DNA of 8,785 nt from a virus (Duplodnaviria; Heunggongvirae; Uroviricota; Caudoviricetes): the IMG/VR virus record IMGVR_UViG_2734482532_000005. One strand, 5' to 3'. The notes beneath the pieces were generated by a model. That model was not told where the DNA came from, ran no database searches, and worked only from the letters and a program-made list of their open reading frames with translations. Position 1 is the first letter of the stretch; every line of letters begins with the position of its first letter. Made by a program: the position numbers and the translations under genes. Shown here in pieces: positions 1 through 8,595 of the stretch.

Positions 1-2610
1 GCAGATGGCCAGAGTCAGGCGTCATTTTTCCGGTACGGAAAGTGATGCGAAAAAAACAGCGGCAGTCGTTGAACAGTCGCTGAGCCGACAGGCGCTGGCT
101 GCACAGAAAGCGGGGATTTCCGTCGGGCAGTATAAAGCCGCCATGCGTATGCTGCCTGCACAGTTCACCGACGTGGCCACGCAGCTTGCAGGGGGGCAGA
201 ATCCCTGGCTGATCCTGCTGCAACAGGGTGGTCAGGTTAAGGACTCCTTCGGCGGGATGATCCCCATGTTCAGGGGGCTTGCCGGCGCGATCACCCTGCC
301 GATGGTGGGGGCCACCTCGCTGGCGGTGGCGACCGGTGCGCTGGCGTATGCCTGGTATCAGGGCAACTCAACCCTGTCCGATTTCAACAAAACGCTGGTC
401 CTTTCCGGTAATCAGGCGGGACTGACGGCAGATCGTATGCTGGTCCTGTCCAGAGCCGGGCAGGCGGCAGGGCTGACGTTTAACCAGACCAGCGAGTCAC
501 TCAGCGCACTGGTTAAGGCGGGGGTAAGCGGTGAGGCTCAGATTGCGTCCATCAGCCAGAGTGTGGCGCGTTTCTCCTATGCATCCGGCGTGGAGGTGGA
601 CAAGGTCGCTGAAGCCTTCGGGAAGCTGACCACAGACCCGACGTCGGGGCTGACGGCGATGGCACGCCAGTTCCATAACGTGACGNNNNNNNNNNNNNNN
701 NNNNNNNNNNNNNNNNNNNNNNNNNNNNNNNNNNNNNNNNNNNNNNNNNNNNNNNNNNNNNNNNNNNNNNNNNNNNNNNNNNNNNNNNNNNNNNNNNNNN
801 NNNNNNNNNNNNNNNNNNNNNNNNNNNNNNNNNNNNNNNNNNNNNNNNNNNNNNNNNNNNNNNNNNNNNNNNNNNNNNNNNNNNNNNNNNNNNNNNNNNN
901 NNNNNNNNNNNNNNNNNNNNNNNNNNNNNNNNNNNNNNNNNNNNNNNNNNNNNNNNNNNNNNNNNNNNNNNNNNGCGCAAGGATGATTATTTCGTTAACG
1001 ATGAAGCACGGGCGCGTTACTGGGATGATCGTGAAAAAAAACGCCTGGAGCGGGATGCAGCCCAAAAGAGGGTAGATCAACAGCGTCAACAGGACAAAAA
1101 TGCGCAGCAGCAGAGCGATACCGAAGCGTCACGGCTGAAATATACCGAAGAGGCGCAGAAGGCTTACGAACGGCTGCAGACGCCGCTGGAGAAATATACC
1201 GCCCGTCAGGAAGAACTGAACAAGGCACTGAAAGACGGAAAAATCCTGCAGGCAGATTACAACACGCTGATGGCGGCGGCGAAAAAGGATTATGAAGCGA
1301 CGCTGAAAAAGCCGAAACAGTCCGGCGTGAAGGTGTATGCGGGCGATCGTCAGGAAGACAGTGCTCATGCGGCCCTGCTGACGCTTCAGGCAGAACTCCG
1401 GACGCTGGAGAAGCATGCCGGAGCGAATGAGAAAATCAGCCAGCAGCGCCGGGATTTGTGGAAGGCAGAAAGTCAGTTCGCGGTACTGGAGGAGGCGGCA
1501 CAACGTCGCCAGCTGTCCGCACAGGAGAAATCCCTGCTGGCGCATAAAGACGAGACGCTGGAGTACAAACGCCAGCTGGCTGCACTTGGTGACAAGGTTA
1601 CGTATCAGGAGCACCTGAATGCGCTGGCGCAGCAGGCGGATAAATTCGCACAGCAGCAACGGGCAAAACGGGCAGCCATTGATGCGAAAAACCGGGGGCT
1701 GACTGACCGGCAGGCAGCGCGGGAAGCCACGGAACAGCGCCTGAAGGAACAGTATGGCGATAATCCTCTGGCGCTGAATAACGTCATGTCAGAGCAGAAA
1801 AAGACCTGGGCGGCTGAAGACCAGCTTCGCGGGAGCTGGATGGCAGGCCTGAAGTCCGGCTGGAGTGAGTGGGAAGAGAGCGCCACGGACAGTATGTCAC
1901 AGGTTAAAAGTGCAGCCACGCAGACCTTTGATGGTATTGCACAGAATATGGCGGCGATGCTGACCGGCAGTGAACAGAACTGGCGCAGCTTCACCCGCTC
2001 CGTGCTGTCCATGATGACAGAAATTCTGCTTAAGCAGGCAATGGTGGGGATTGTCGGGAGTATCGGCAGCGCCATTGGCGGGGCTGTTGGTGGCGGCGCA
2101 TCCGCGTCAGGTGGTACAGCCATTCAGGCCGCTGCGGNNNNNNNNNNNNNNNNNNNNNNNNNNNNNNNNNNNNNNNNNNNNNNNNNNNNNNNNNNNNNNN
2201 NNNNNNNNNNNNNNNNNNNNNNNNNNNNNNNNNNNNNNNNNNNNNNNNNNNNNNNNNNNNNNNNNNNNNNNNNNNNNNNNNNNNNNNNNNNNNNNNNNNN
2301 NNNNNNNNNNNNNNNNNNNNNNNNNNNNNNNNNNNNNNNNNNNNNNNNNNNNNNNNNNNNNNNNNNNNNNNNNNNNNNNNNNNNNNNNNNNNNNNNNNNN
2401 NNNNNNNNNNNNNNNNNNNNNNNNNNNNNNNNNNNNNNNNNNNNNNNNNNNNNNNNNNNNNNNNNNGTGGTGATTCAGAACGACGGTACGAATGGTCTGC
2501 CAGGTCCACAGATGATGAAGGCAGTGTATGACATGGCCCGCAAGGGTGCCCGTGATGAAATTCAGACACAGATGCGTGATGGTGGCCTGTTCTCCGGAGG
2601 TGGACGATGA
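1..2610 (+). CDS. H: Tail tape measure protein (lambda gpH-like), 5'-partial; reads in frame 2 from 2 to 685, then in frame 1 from 976 to the TGA at 2608-2610; interrupted by N-runs 686-974 and 2138-2466
   Basis: Translation MARVRRHFSGTESDAKKTAAVVEQSLSRQALAAQKAGISVGQYKAAMRMLPAQF... before gap 1 and RKDDYFVNDEARARYWDDREK...QADYNTLMAAAKKDYEATLKKPKQ...MVGIVGSIGSAIGGAVGGGASASGGTAIQAAA...NDGTNG...KAVYDMARKGARDEIQTQMRDGGLFSGGGR after it match my recollection of lambda gpH nearly residue for residue. The ORF enters from the window edge (position 1 is the last base of a codon). The stop overlaps the M start as ATGA. The track ORF 1270..2610 is simply the first Met after the gap in the same frame. Confidence 0.93.
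686..974. other. Masked/unknown sequence (289 N) inside the H coding region; not frame-preserving
   Basis: Run of N. H reads in frame 2 up to 685 and in frame 1 from 976, so the run length is off by one from a frame-preserving length. Confidence 0.99.
2138..2466. other. Masked/unknown sequence (329 N) inside the H coding region; frame-preserving
   Basis: Run of N. The same frame (1) continues from AAA before the gap to VVIQNDGTNG after it. Confidence 0.99.
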
Positions 2611-2936
2611 AAACCTTCCGCTGGAAAGTGAAACCCGGTATGGATGTGGCTTCGGCCCCTTCTGTAAGAAAGGTGCGCTTTGGTGATGGCTATTCCCAGC
2701 GAGCGCCTGCCGGGCTGAATGCCAACCTGAAAACGTACAGCGTGACGCTTTCTGTCCCCCGTGAGGAGGCCATGGTACTGGAGTCGTTTCTGGAAGAGCA
2801 CGGGGGCTGGAAAGCCTTTCTGTGGACGCCGCCTTATGAGTGGCGGCAGATAAAGGTGACCTGCGCAAAATGGTCGTCGCGGGTCAGTATGCTGCGTGTT
2901 GAGTTCAGCGCAGAGTTTGAACAGGTGGTGAACTGA
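2607..2936 (+). CDS. M: Minor tail protein M (lambda gpM-like), 109 aa
   Basis: ORF translation MKTFRWKVKPGMDVASAPSVRKVRFGDGYSQRAPAGLNANLKTYSVTLSVPREEAMVLESFLEEHGGWKAFLWTPPYEWRQIKVTCAKWSSRVSMLRVEFSAEFEQVVN matches lambda gpM in length and sequence as I recall it. The start ATG at 2607 overlaps the H stop (ATGA), and the stop TGA at 2934-2936 overlaps the L start (TGATG). Confidence 0.95.
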   Translation: MKTFRWKVKPGMDVASAPSVRKVRFGDGYSQRAPAGLNANLKTYSVTLSVPREEAMVLESFLEEHGGWKAFLWTPPYEWRQIKVTCAKWSSRVSMLRVEFSAEFEQVVN

Positions 2937-3673
2937 TGCAGGATATCCGGCAGGAAACACTGAATGAATGCACCCGTGCGGAGCAGTCGGCCAGCGTGGT
3001 GCTCTGGGAAATCGATCTGACAGAGGTCGGTGGAGAACGTTATTTTTTCTGTAATGAGCAGAACGAAAAAGGTGAGCCGGTCACCTGGCAGGGGCGACAG
3101 TATCAGCCGTATCCCATTCAGGGGAGTGGTTTTGAACTGAATGGCAAAGGCACCAGTACGCGCCCCACGCTGATGGTTTCTAACCTGTACGGTATGGTCA
3201 CCGGGATGGCNNNNNNNNNNNNNNNNNNNNNNNNNNNNNNNNNNNNNNNNNNNNNNNNNNNNNNNNNNNNNNNNNNNNNNNNNNNNNNNNNNNNNNNNNN
3301 NNNNNNNNNNNNNNNNNNNNNNNNNNNNNNNNNNNNNNNNNNNNNNNNNNNNNNNNNNNNNNNNNNNNNNNNNNNNNNNNNNNNNNNNNNNNNNNNNNNN
3401 NNNNNNNNNNNNNNNNNNNNNNNNNNNNNNNNNNNNNNNNNNNNNNNNNNNNNNNNNNNNNNNNNNNNNNNNNNNNNNNNNNNNNNNNNNNNNNNNNNNN
3501 NNNNNNNNNNNNNNNNNNNNNNNNNNNNNNNNNNNNNNNNCGCGGATGAATATGACCAGCCAACGTCCGACATCACGAAGGATAAATGCAGCAAATGCCT
3601 GAGTGGCTGTAAGTTTCGCAATAACGTCGGCAACTTTGGCGGCTTCCTTTCCATTAACAAACTTTCGCAGTAA
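2936..3673 (+). CDS. L: Minor tail protein L (lambda gpL-like), interrupted by N-run 3211-3540
   Basis: N-terminus MQDIRQETLNECTRAEQSASVVLWEIDLTEVGGERYFFCNEQNEKGEPVTWQGRQYQPYPIQGSGFELNGKGTSTRPTLMVSNLYGMVTGM and C-terminus ADEYDQPTSDITKDKCSKCLSGCKFRNNVGNFGGFLSINKLSQ (Cys-rich tail) match lambda gpL as I recall it. The frame is continuous across the 330-N gap. Stop TAA at 3671-3673. Confidence 0.93.
   Translation: MQDIRQETLNECTRAEQSASVVLWEIDLTEVGGERYFFCNEQNEKGEPVTWQGRQYQPYPIQGSGFELNGKGTSTRPTLMVSNLYGMVTGMXXXXXXXXXXXXXXXXXXXXXXXXXXXXXXXXXXXXXXXXXXXXXXXXXXXXXXXXXXXXXXXXXXXXXXXXXXXXXXXXXXXXXXXXXXXXXXXXXXXXXXXXXXXXXXXADEYDQPTSDITKDKCSKCLSGCKFRNNVGNFGGFLSINKLSQ
3211..3540. other. Masked/unknown sequence (330 N) inside the L coding region; frame-preserving
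   Basis: Run of N. 330 is a multiple of 3 and the L frame is maintained on both sides. Confidence 0.99.
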
Positions 3674-3678
3674 ATCCC

Positions 3679-4422
3679 ATGACAGAGACAGAATCAGCGA
3701 TTCTGGCGCACGCCCGGCGATGTGCTCCAGCGGAGTCGTGCGGCTTCGTGGTAAGAACGCCGGAGGGGGAAAGATATTTCCCCTGCGTGAATATCTCCGG
3801 TGAGCCGGAGGCGTATTTCCGTATGTCGCCGGAAGACTGGCTGCAGGCAGAGATGCAGGGTGAGATTGTGGCACTGGTCCACAGCCACCCCGGTGGTCTG
3901 CCCTGGCTGAGTGAGGCCGACCGGCGGCTGCAGGTGCAGAGTGATTTGCCGTGGTGGCTGGTCTGCCGGGGGGCGATTCACAAGTTCCGCTGTGTGCCAC
4001 ATCTTACCGGGCGGCGCTTTGAGCACGGGGTGACGGACTGTTACACGCTGTTCCGGGATGCTTACCATCTGGCGGGGATTGAGATGCCGGATTTTCATCG
4101 TGAGGATGACTGGTGGCGTCACGGTCAGAATCTCTATCTGGATAATCTGGAGGCCACAGGGCTGTATCAGGTGCCGTTGTCAGCGGCGCAGCCGGGCGAT
4201 GTGCTGCTGTGCTGTTTTGGTTCATCGGTGCCGAATCATGCCGCCATTTACTGTGGTGACGGCGAGCTGCTGCACCATATTCCTGAACAACTGAGTAAAC
4301 GAGAGAGGTACACCGACAAATGGCAGCGACGCACACACTCCCTCTGGCGTCACCGGGCATGGCACGCATCTGCCTTTACGGGGATTTGCAACGATTTGGC
4401 CGCCGCATCGACCTTCGTGTGA
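3679..4422 (+). CDS. K: Tail assembly protein K (lambda gpK-like): N-terminal MPN/JAMM (JAB) domain plus C-terminal NlpC/P60-type cysteine peptidase domain
   Basis: Translation MTETESAILAHARRCAPAESCGFVV...EIVALVHSHPGGLPWLSEADRR... contains a JAMM-like H-x-H...S-x-x-D motif (HSH codons near 3880-3888). Downstream, ...RRFEHGVTDCYTLFRDAYHLAG... (Cys codon 4040-4042) and ...SSVPNHAAIYCGDGELLHHIPE (His codon 4237-4239) are consistent with an NlpC/P60 Cys/His active site. The sequence matches lambda gpK as I recall it. The start is ambiguous: ATG 3679 sits 5 nt after the L stop with a weak Shine-Dalgarno, while the in-frame ATG at 3823 follows GGAGG at 3808-3812 and corresponds to the classical 199-aa lambda K start. 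Confidence 0.88.
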   Translation: MTETESAILAHARRCAPAESCGFVVRTPEGERYFPCVNISGEPEAYFRMSPEDWLQAEMQGEIVALVHSHPGGLPWLSEADRRLQVQSDLPWWLVCRGAIHKFRCVPHLTGRRFEHGVTDCYTLFRDAYHLAGIEMPDFHREDDWWRHGQNLYLDNLEATGLYQVPLSAAQPGDVLLCCFGSSVPNHAAIYCGDGELLHHIPEQLSKRERYTDKWQRRTHSLWRHRAWHASAFTGICNDLAAASTFV

Positions 4423-4991
4423 AAACGGGTGCCGAAGCCATCCGGGCGATGGCCACACAGCTCCCTGCGTTTCGTCAGAAGCTGAGCGACGGCTGGTATC
4501 AGGTGCGTATTGCCGGGCAGGATGTTAGCACGTCCGGATTAACGGCACAGTTACATGAGGCTCTGCCTGACGGCGCTGTGATTCATATTGTTCCCAGAGT
4601 CGCCGGGGCCAAGTCAGGTGGTGTATTCCAGATTGTCCTGGGAGCAGCCGCCATTGCCGGATCATTCTTTACCGCCGGAGCCACCCTTGCAGCATGGGGG
4701 GCTGCCATTGGTGCCGGTGGTATGACCGGCATTCTGTTTTCTCTCGGTGCCAGTATGGTGCTCGGCGGTGTGGCTCAGATGCTGGCACCGAAAGCCAGAA
4801 CTCCCCGCACACAGACAACGGATAACGGTAAGCAGAACACCTATTTCTCCTCACTGGATAACATGGTTGCCCAGGGCAATGTTATGCCTGTTCTGTATGG
4901 TGAAATGCGCGTGGGGTCACGTGTGGTATCTCAGGAGATCAGCACGGCAGACGAAGGGGACGGTGGTCAGGTTGTGGTGATTGGTCGCTGA
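4320..4991 (+). CDS. I: Tail assembly protein I (lambda gpI-like), 223 aa; 5' end overlaps the K 3' end by 103 nt in a different frame
   Basis: Translation MAATHTLPLASPGMARICLYGDLQRFGRRIDLRVKTGAEAIRAMATQLPAFRQKL...VPRVAGAKSGGVFQIVLGAAAIAGSFFTAGATLAAWGAAIGAGGMTGILFSLGASMVLGGVAQMLAP...VVVIGR has the length and sequence of lambda gpI as I recall it. The K/I overlap is the same as in lambda. Stop TGA at 4989-4991. Confidence 0.92.
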   Translation: MAATHTLPLASPGMARICLYGDLQRFGRRIDLRVKTGAEAIRAMATQLPAFRQKLSDGWYQVRIAGQDVSTSGLTAQLHEALPDGAVIHIVPRVAGAKSGGVFQIVLGAAAIAGSFFTAGATLAAWGAAIGAGGMTGILFSLGASMVLGGVAQMLAPKARTPRTQTTDNGKQNTYFSSLDNMVAQGNVMPVLYGEMRVGSRVVSQEISTADEGDGGQVVVIGR

Positions 4992-5039
4992 TGCAAAATG
5001 TTTTATGTGAAATCGCCTCCGGGCGGTTTTATCGTTTAT

Positions 5040-5043
5040 GGAG
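5040..5043 (+). promoter_or_regulatory. Shine-Dalgarno (GGAG) for J, 8 nt upstream of the ATG at 5052
   Basis: GGAG at 5040-5043 followed by an 8-nt spacer and ATG 5052-5054. Confidence 0.6.
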
Positions 5044-5051
5044 CATGACGA

Positions 5052-8000
5052 ATGGGTAAAGGCAGCAGTAAGGGGCATACCCCGCGCGAAGCGAAGGACA
5101 ACCTGAAGTCCACGCAGCTGCTGAGTGTGATCGATGCCATCAGCGAAGGGCCGGTTGAAGGTCCGGTGGATGGATTAAAAAGCGTGCTGCTGAACAGTAC
5201 GCCGGTGCTGGACAGTGAGGGGAATACCAACATCTCCGGCGTCACGGTGGTGTTCCGGGCAGGTGAGCAGGAGCAGTCACCGCCGGAGGGATTTGAATCC
5301 TCCGGCTCCGAGACGGTGCTGGGTACGGAAGTGAAATATGACACGCCGATCACCCGGACCATCACGTCGGCAAACATTGACCGACTGCGTTTTACCTTCG
5401 GTGTACAGGCACTGGTGGAAACCACCTCAAAGGGAGACAGGAATCCGTCTGAAGTTCGCCTGCTGGTTCAGATACAGCGTAACGGTGGCTGGGTGACGGA
5501 AAAAGACATCACCATTAAGGGCAAAACCACCTCGCAGTATCTGGCCTCGGTGGTGGTGGATAACCTGCCGCCGCGCCCGTTTAATATCCGGATGCGCAGA
5601 ATGACGCCGGACAGCACCACAGACCAGCTGCAGAACAAAACGCTCTGGTCGTCATACACCGAAATCATCGATGTGAAACAGTGCTACCCGAACACGGCAC
5701 TGGTCGGCGTGCAGGTGGACTCGGAGCAGTTCGGCAGCCAGCAGGTGAGCCGTAATTATCATCTTCGCGGGCGCATTCTGCAGGTGCCGTCGAACTATAA
5801 TCCGCAGACGCGGCAATACAGCGGTATCTGGGACGGAACGTTAAAACCGGCATACAGCAACAACATGGCCTGGTGTCTGTGGGATATGCTGACCCATCCG
5901 CGCTATGGCATGGGGAAACGTCTTGGTGCGGCAGATGTGGATAAATGGGCGCTGTATGTCATCGGCCAGTACTGTGACCAGTCGGTGCCGGACGGCTTTG
6001 GCAGCACGGAGCCGCGCATCACCTGTAATGCCTGGCTGACCACACAGCGCAAGGCGTGGGATGTGCTCAGTGATTTCTGCTCGGCGATGCGCTGTATGCC
6101 GGTATGGAACGGGCAGACGCTGACGTTCGTGCAGGACCGACAGTCGGATAAGGTGTGGGCCTATAACCGCAGTAATGTGGTGATGCCGGATGATGGCGCG
6201 CCGTTCCGCTACAGTTTCAGCGCCCTGAAAGACCGCCATAATGCCGTTGAGGTGAACTGGATTGACCCGGATAACGGCTGGGAGACGGCGACAGAGCTTG
6301 TGGAGGATACGCAGGCCATTGCCCGTTACGGTCGTAACGTCACGAAGATGGATGCNNNNNNNNNNNNNNNNNNNNNNNNNNNNNNNNNNNNNNNNNNNNN
6401 NNNNNNNNNNNNNNNNNNNNNNNNNNNNNNNNNNNNNNNNNNNNNNNNNNNNNNNNNNNNNNNNNNNNNNNNNNNNNNNNNNNNNNNNNNNNNNNNNNNN
6501 NNNNNNNNNNNNNNNNNNNNNNNNNNNNNNNNNNNNNNNNNNNNNNNNNNNNNNNNNNNNNNNNNNNNNNNNNNNNNNNNNNNNNNNNNNNNNNNNNNNN
6601 NNNNNNNNNNNNNNNNNNNNNNNNNNNNNCACGCTGCCATCCTCCGGCACCACGCTGATAAGCCTGGTTGACGGGCAGGGGAATCCGGTCAGCGTGGAGG
6701 TCCAGTCCGTCACCGACGGCGTGAAGGTAAAAGTGAGCCGTGTTCCTGACGGTGTTGCTGAATACAGCGTGTGGGGGCTGAAGCTGCCGACGCTGCACCA
6801 GCGATTGTTCCGCTGCGTGAGTATCCGTGAGAACGACGACGGCACGTATGCCATCACCGCCGTGCAGCATGTGCCGGAAAAAGAAGCCATCGTGGATAAC
6901 GGGGCGCACTTTGACGGCGACCAGAGCGGCACGGTGAATGGTGTCACGCCGCCAGCGGTGCAGCACCTGACTGCCGAAGTCACCGCAGACAGCGGGGAAT
7001 ATCAGGTGCTGGCGCGCTGGGACACGCCGAAGGTGGTGAAGGGCGTGAGCTTCCTGCTCCGTCTGACCGTAACAGCGGATGACGGCAGTGAGCGGCTGGT
7101 CAGCACGGCCCGGACGACGGAAACCACTTACCGCTTCACACAACTGGCGCTGGGGAACTACAGGCTGACAGTCCGGGCAGTAAATGCGTGGGGGCAGCAG
7201 GGCGATCCGGCGTCGGTATCGTTCCGGATTGCCGCACCGGCAGCGCTGTCGCGGATTGAGCTGACGCCGGGCTATTTTCAGATAACCGCCACGCCGCATC
7301 TTGCGGTTTATGATCCGACGGTACAGTTTGAGTTCTGGTTCTCGGAAAAGCGGATTGCGGATATCAGGCAGGTTGAAACCACAGCACGCTATCTTGGCAC
7401 GGCGCTGTACTGGATAGCCGCCAGTATCAATATCAAACCGGGCCATGATTATTACTTTTATATCCGCAGTGTGAACACCGTTGGCAAATCGGCATTCGTG
7501 GAGGCTGTTGGTCAGCCGAGTGATGATGCATCCGGTTATCTGGATTTTTTCAAAGGCGAGATAGGGAAAACCCATCTGGCTCAGGAGCTGTGGACGCAGA
7601 TTGATAACGGTCAGCTTGCGCCTGACCTGGCTGAAATCAGGACGTCCATTACGGATGTCAGCAATGAAATCACGCAGACCGTCAATAAGAAACTGGAAGA
7701 CCAGAGTGCGGCAATTCAGCAGATACAGAAGGTTCAGGTTGATACAAATAATAACCTGAACAGCATGTGGGCTGTGAAGCTGCAGCAGATGCAGGACGGA
7801 CGCCTTTATATCGCGGGTATTGGTGCCGGTATTGAGAACACCCCTGACGGCATGCAGAGTCAGGTGCTGCTGGCGGCGGACAGGATTGCGATGGTTAATC
7901 CTGCGAATGGCAACACAAAACCGATGTTTGTTGGTCAGGGCGATCAGATATTCATGAACGACGTGTTCCTGAAACGCCTGACGGCCCCCACCATTACCAG

Positions 8001-8595
8001 CGGTGGAAATCCATCGGCATTTTCCCTGACTCCGGACGGAAAGCTGACCGCTAAAAATGCGGATATCAGTGGCAGTGTGAATGCGAACGCCGGGACGCTC
8101 AACAATGTCACGGTAAATGAAAACTGTACGATTAAGGGCATGCTGGAGGCGACTCAGGTCAGAGGTGACTTCGTTAAAGCTGTATCCAAATCATTTCCGA
8201 AACAGGCTGGTACGTGGGGTAACACGGAAACACCAAACGGGACGGTTACAGTCACCATAAGCGATGATCATAACTTTGACCGCCAGATTATTATTCCGCC
8301 CATTATTTTTAACGGTATAGCGTATGACGATCCGGGGAGCGGAAATAACCCAGGAGGCACGCGATACACGGGTTATGGTTTTGAAGTTCGCAAAAACGGC
8401 GTATTAATCGCATCCAGAGAAACTAAAGGTGCCATTCCCGGTAGTTACAGTGCAGTTATTGATATGCCTAGTGGTGGTGGTAGCGTCACTCTGGAGTTTA
8501 AGATTTTCCAGAAAGGCAATCAGGGGGCAGGCAATATCACCGACTGTACGGTGATTGTGACCAAAAAAGCGGCTTCCGGCATCAGTATTCGTTGA
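5052..8595 (+). CDS. J: Tail tip / host specificity protein J (central tail fibre, lambda gpJ-like); reads in frame 0 from 5052 to 6355, then in frame 1 from 6630 to the TGA at 8593-8595; interrupted by N-run 6356-6629
   Basis: N-terminus [54 protein letters not shown]...[51 protein letters not shown]...[13 protein letters not shown] and the post-gap segment [48 protein letters not shown]...[28 protein letters not shown]...[23 protein letters not shown]...[21 protein letters not shown]...[23 protein letters not shown] match lambda gpJ as I recall it, apart from divergent distal and C-terminal segments. The track ORFs 5052..6671 and 6262..8595 are the two halves of one gene. Confidence 0.93.
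6356..6629. other. Masked/unknown sequence (274 N) inside the J coding region; not frame-preserving
   Basis: Run of N. J reads in frame 0 before the gap and frame 1 after it; a frame-preserving gap would need a length divisible by 3. Confidence 0.99.

Noticed and set aside
1415-1618. Small + strand ORFs in alternative frames (1415..1618, 3603..3803, 4058..4294, 4747..4980)
   Set aside because: Each is nested out of frame inside H, L/K, K or I. Their translations are Arg/Trp/Cys-rich and there is no evidence of independent translation signals, so they are not called as genes.
1129-2123. Minus-strand ORFs 1129..1659 and 1605..2123 inside H
   Set aside because: They are antisense to the tape measure gene, whose + strand reading is unambiguous. 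Their translations are Leu/Arg/Cys-rich and low-complexity.
2834-4000. Long minus-strand ORF (388 aa) antisense to M, L and K
   Set aside because: It fully overlaps three + strand genes with strong lambda-like protein identity, its translation is low-complexity (Pro/Ala/Arg-rich), and it spans an N-run. It is a typical antisense artefact of GC-rich coding DNA.
5011-5037. Small hairpin (AAUCGCC / UCCG loop / GGCGGUU) followed by a short U-run in the I-J intergenic spacer
   Set aside because: The stem has only 4 GC pairs plus weak A-U/G-U pairs and the T-tract is short (4 T). J must be transcribed by read-through from the upstream late operon, so a functional terminator here is unlikely. At most it is a weak pause or mRNA-stability element.
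686-6629. The four N-runs as possible sites of an inserted or novel element (moron, defence gene, repeat array)
   Set aside because: Each run is bracketed by contiguous coding sequence of a single lambda-like gene, and the run sizes roughly equal the expected missing coding length. There is no positive evidence of insertion; the content is simply unknowable from this window.
5841-7575. Minus-strand ORFs 5841..6983 (380 aa) and 6340..7575 (411 aa) antisense to J
   Set aside because: Both lie entirely within the well-supported J coding region, cross the masked segment, and give Arg/Cys/Pro-rich translations with no recognisable domain or ribosome-binding site. They are antisense artefacts.
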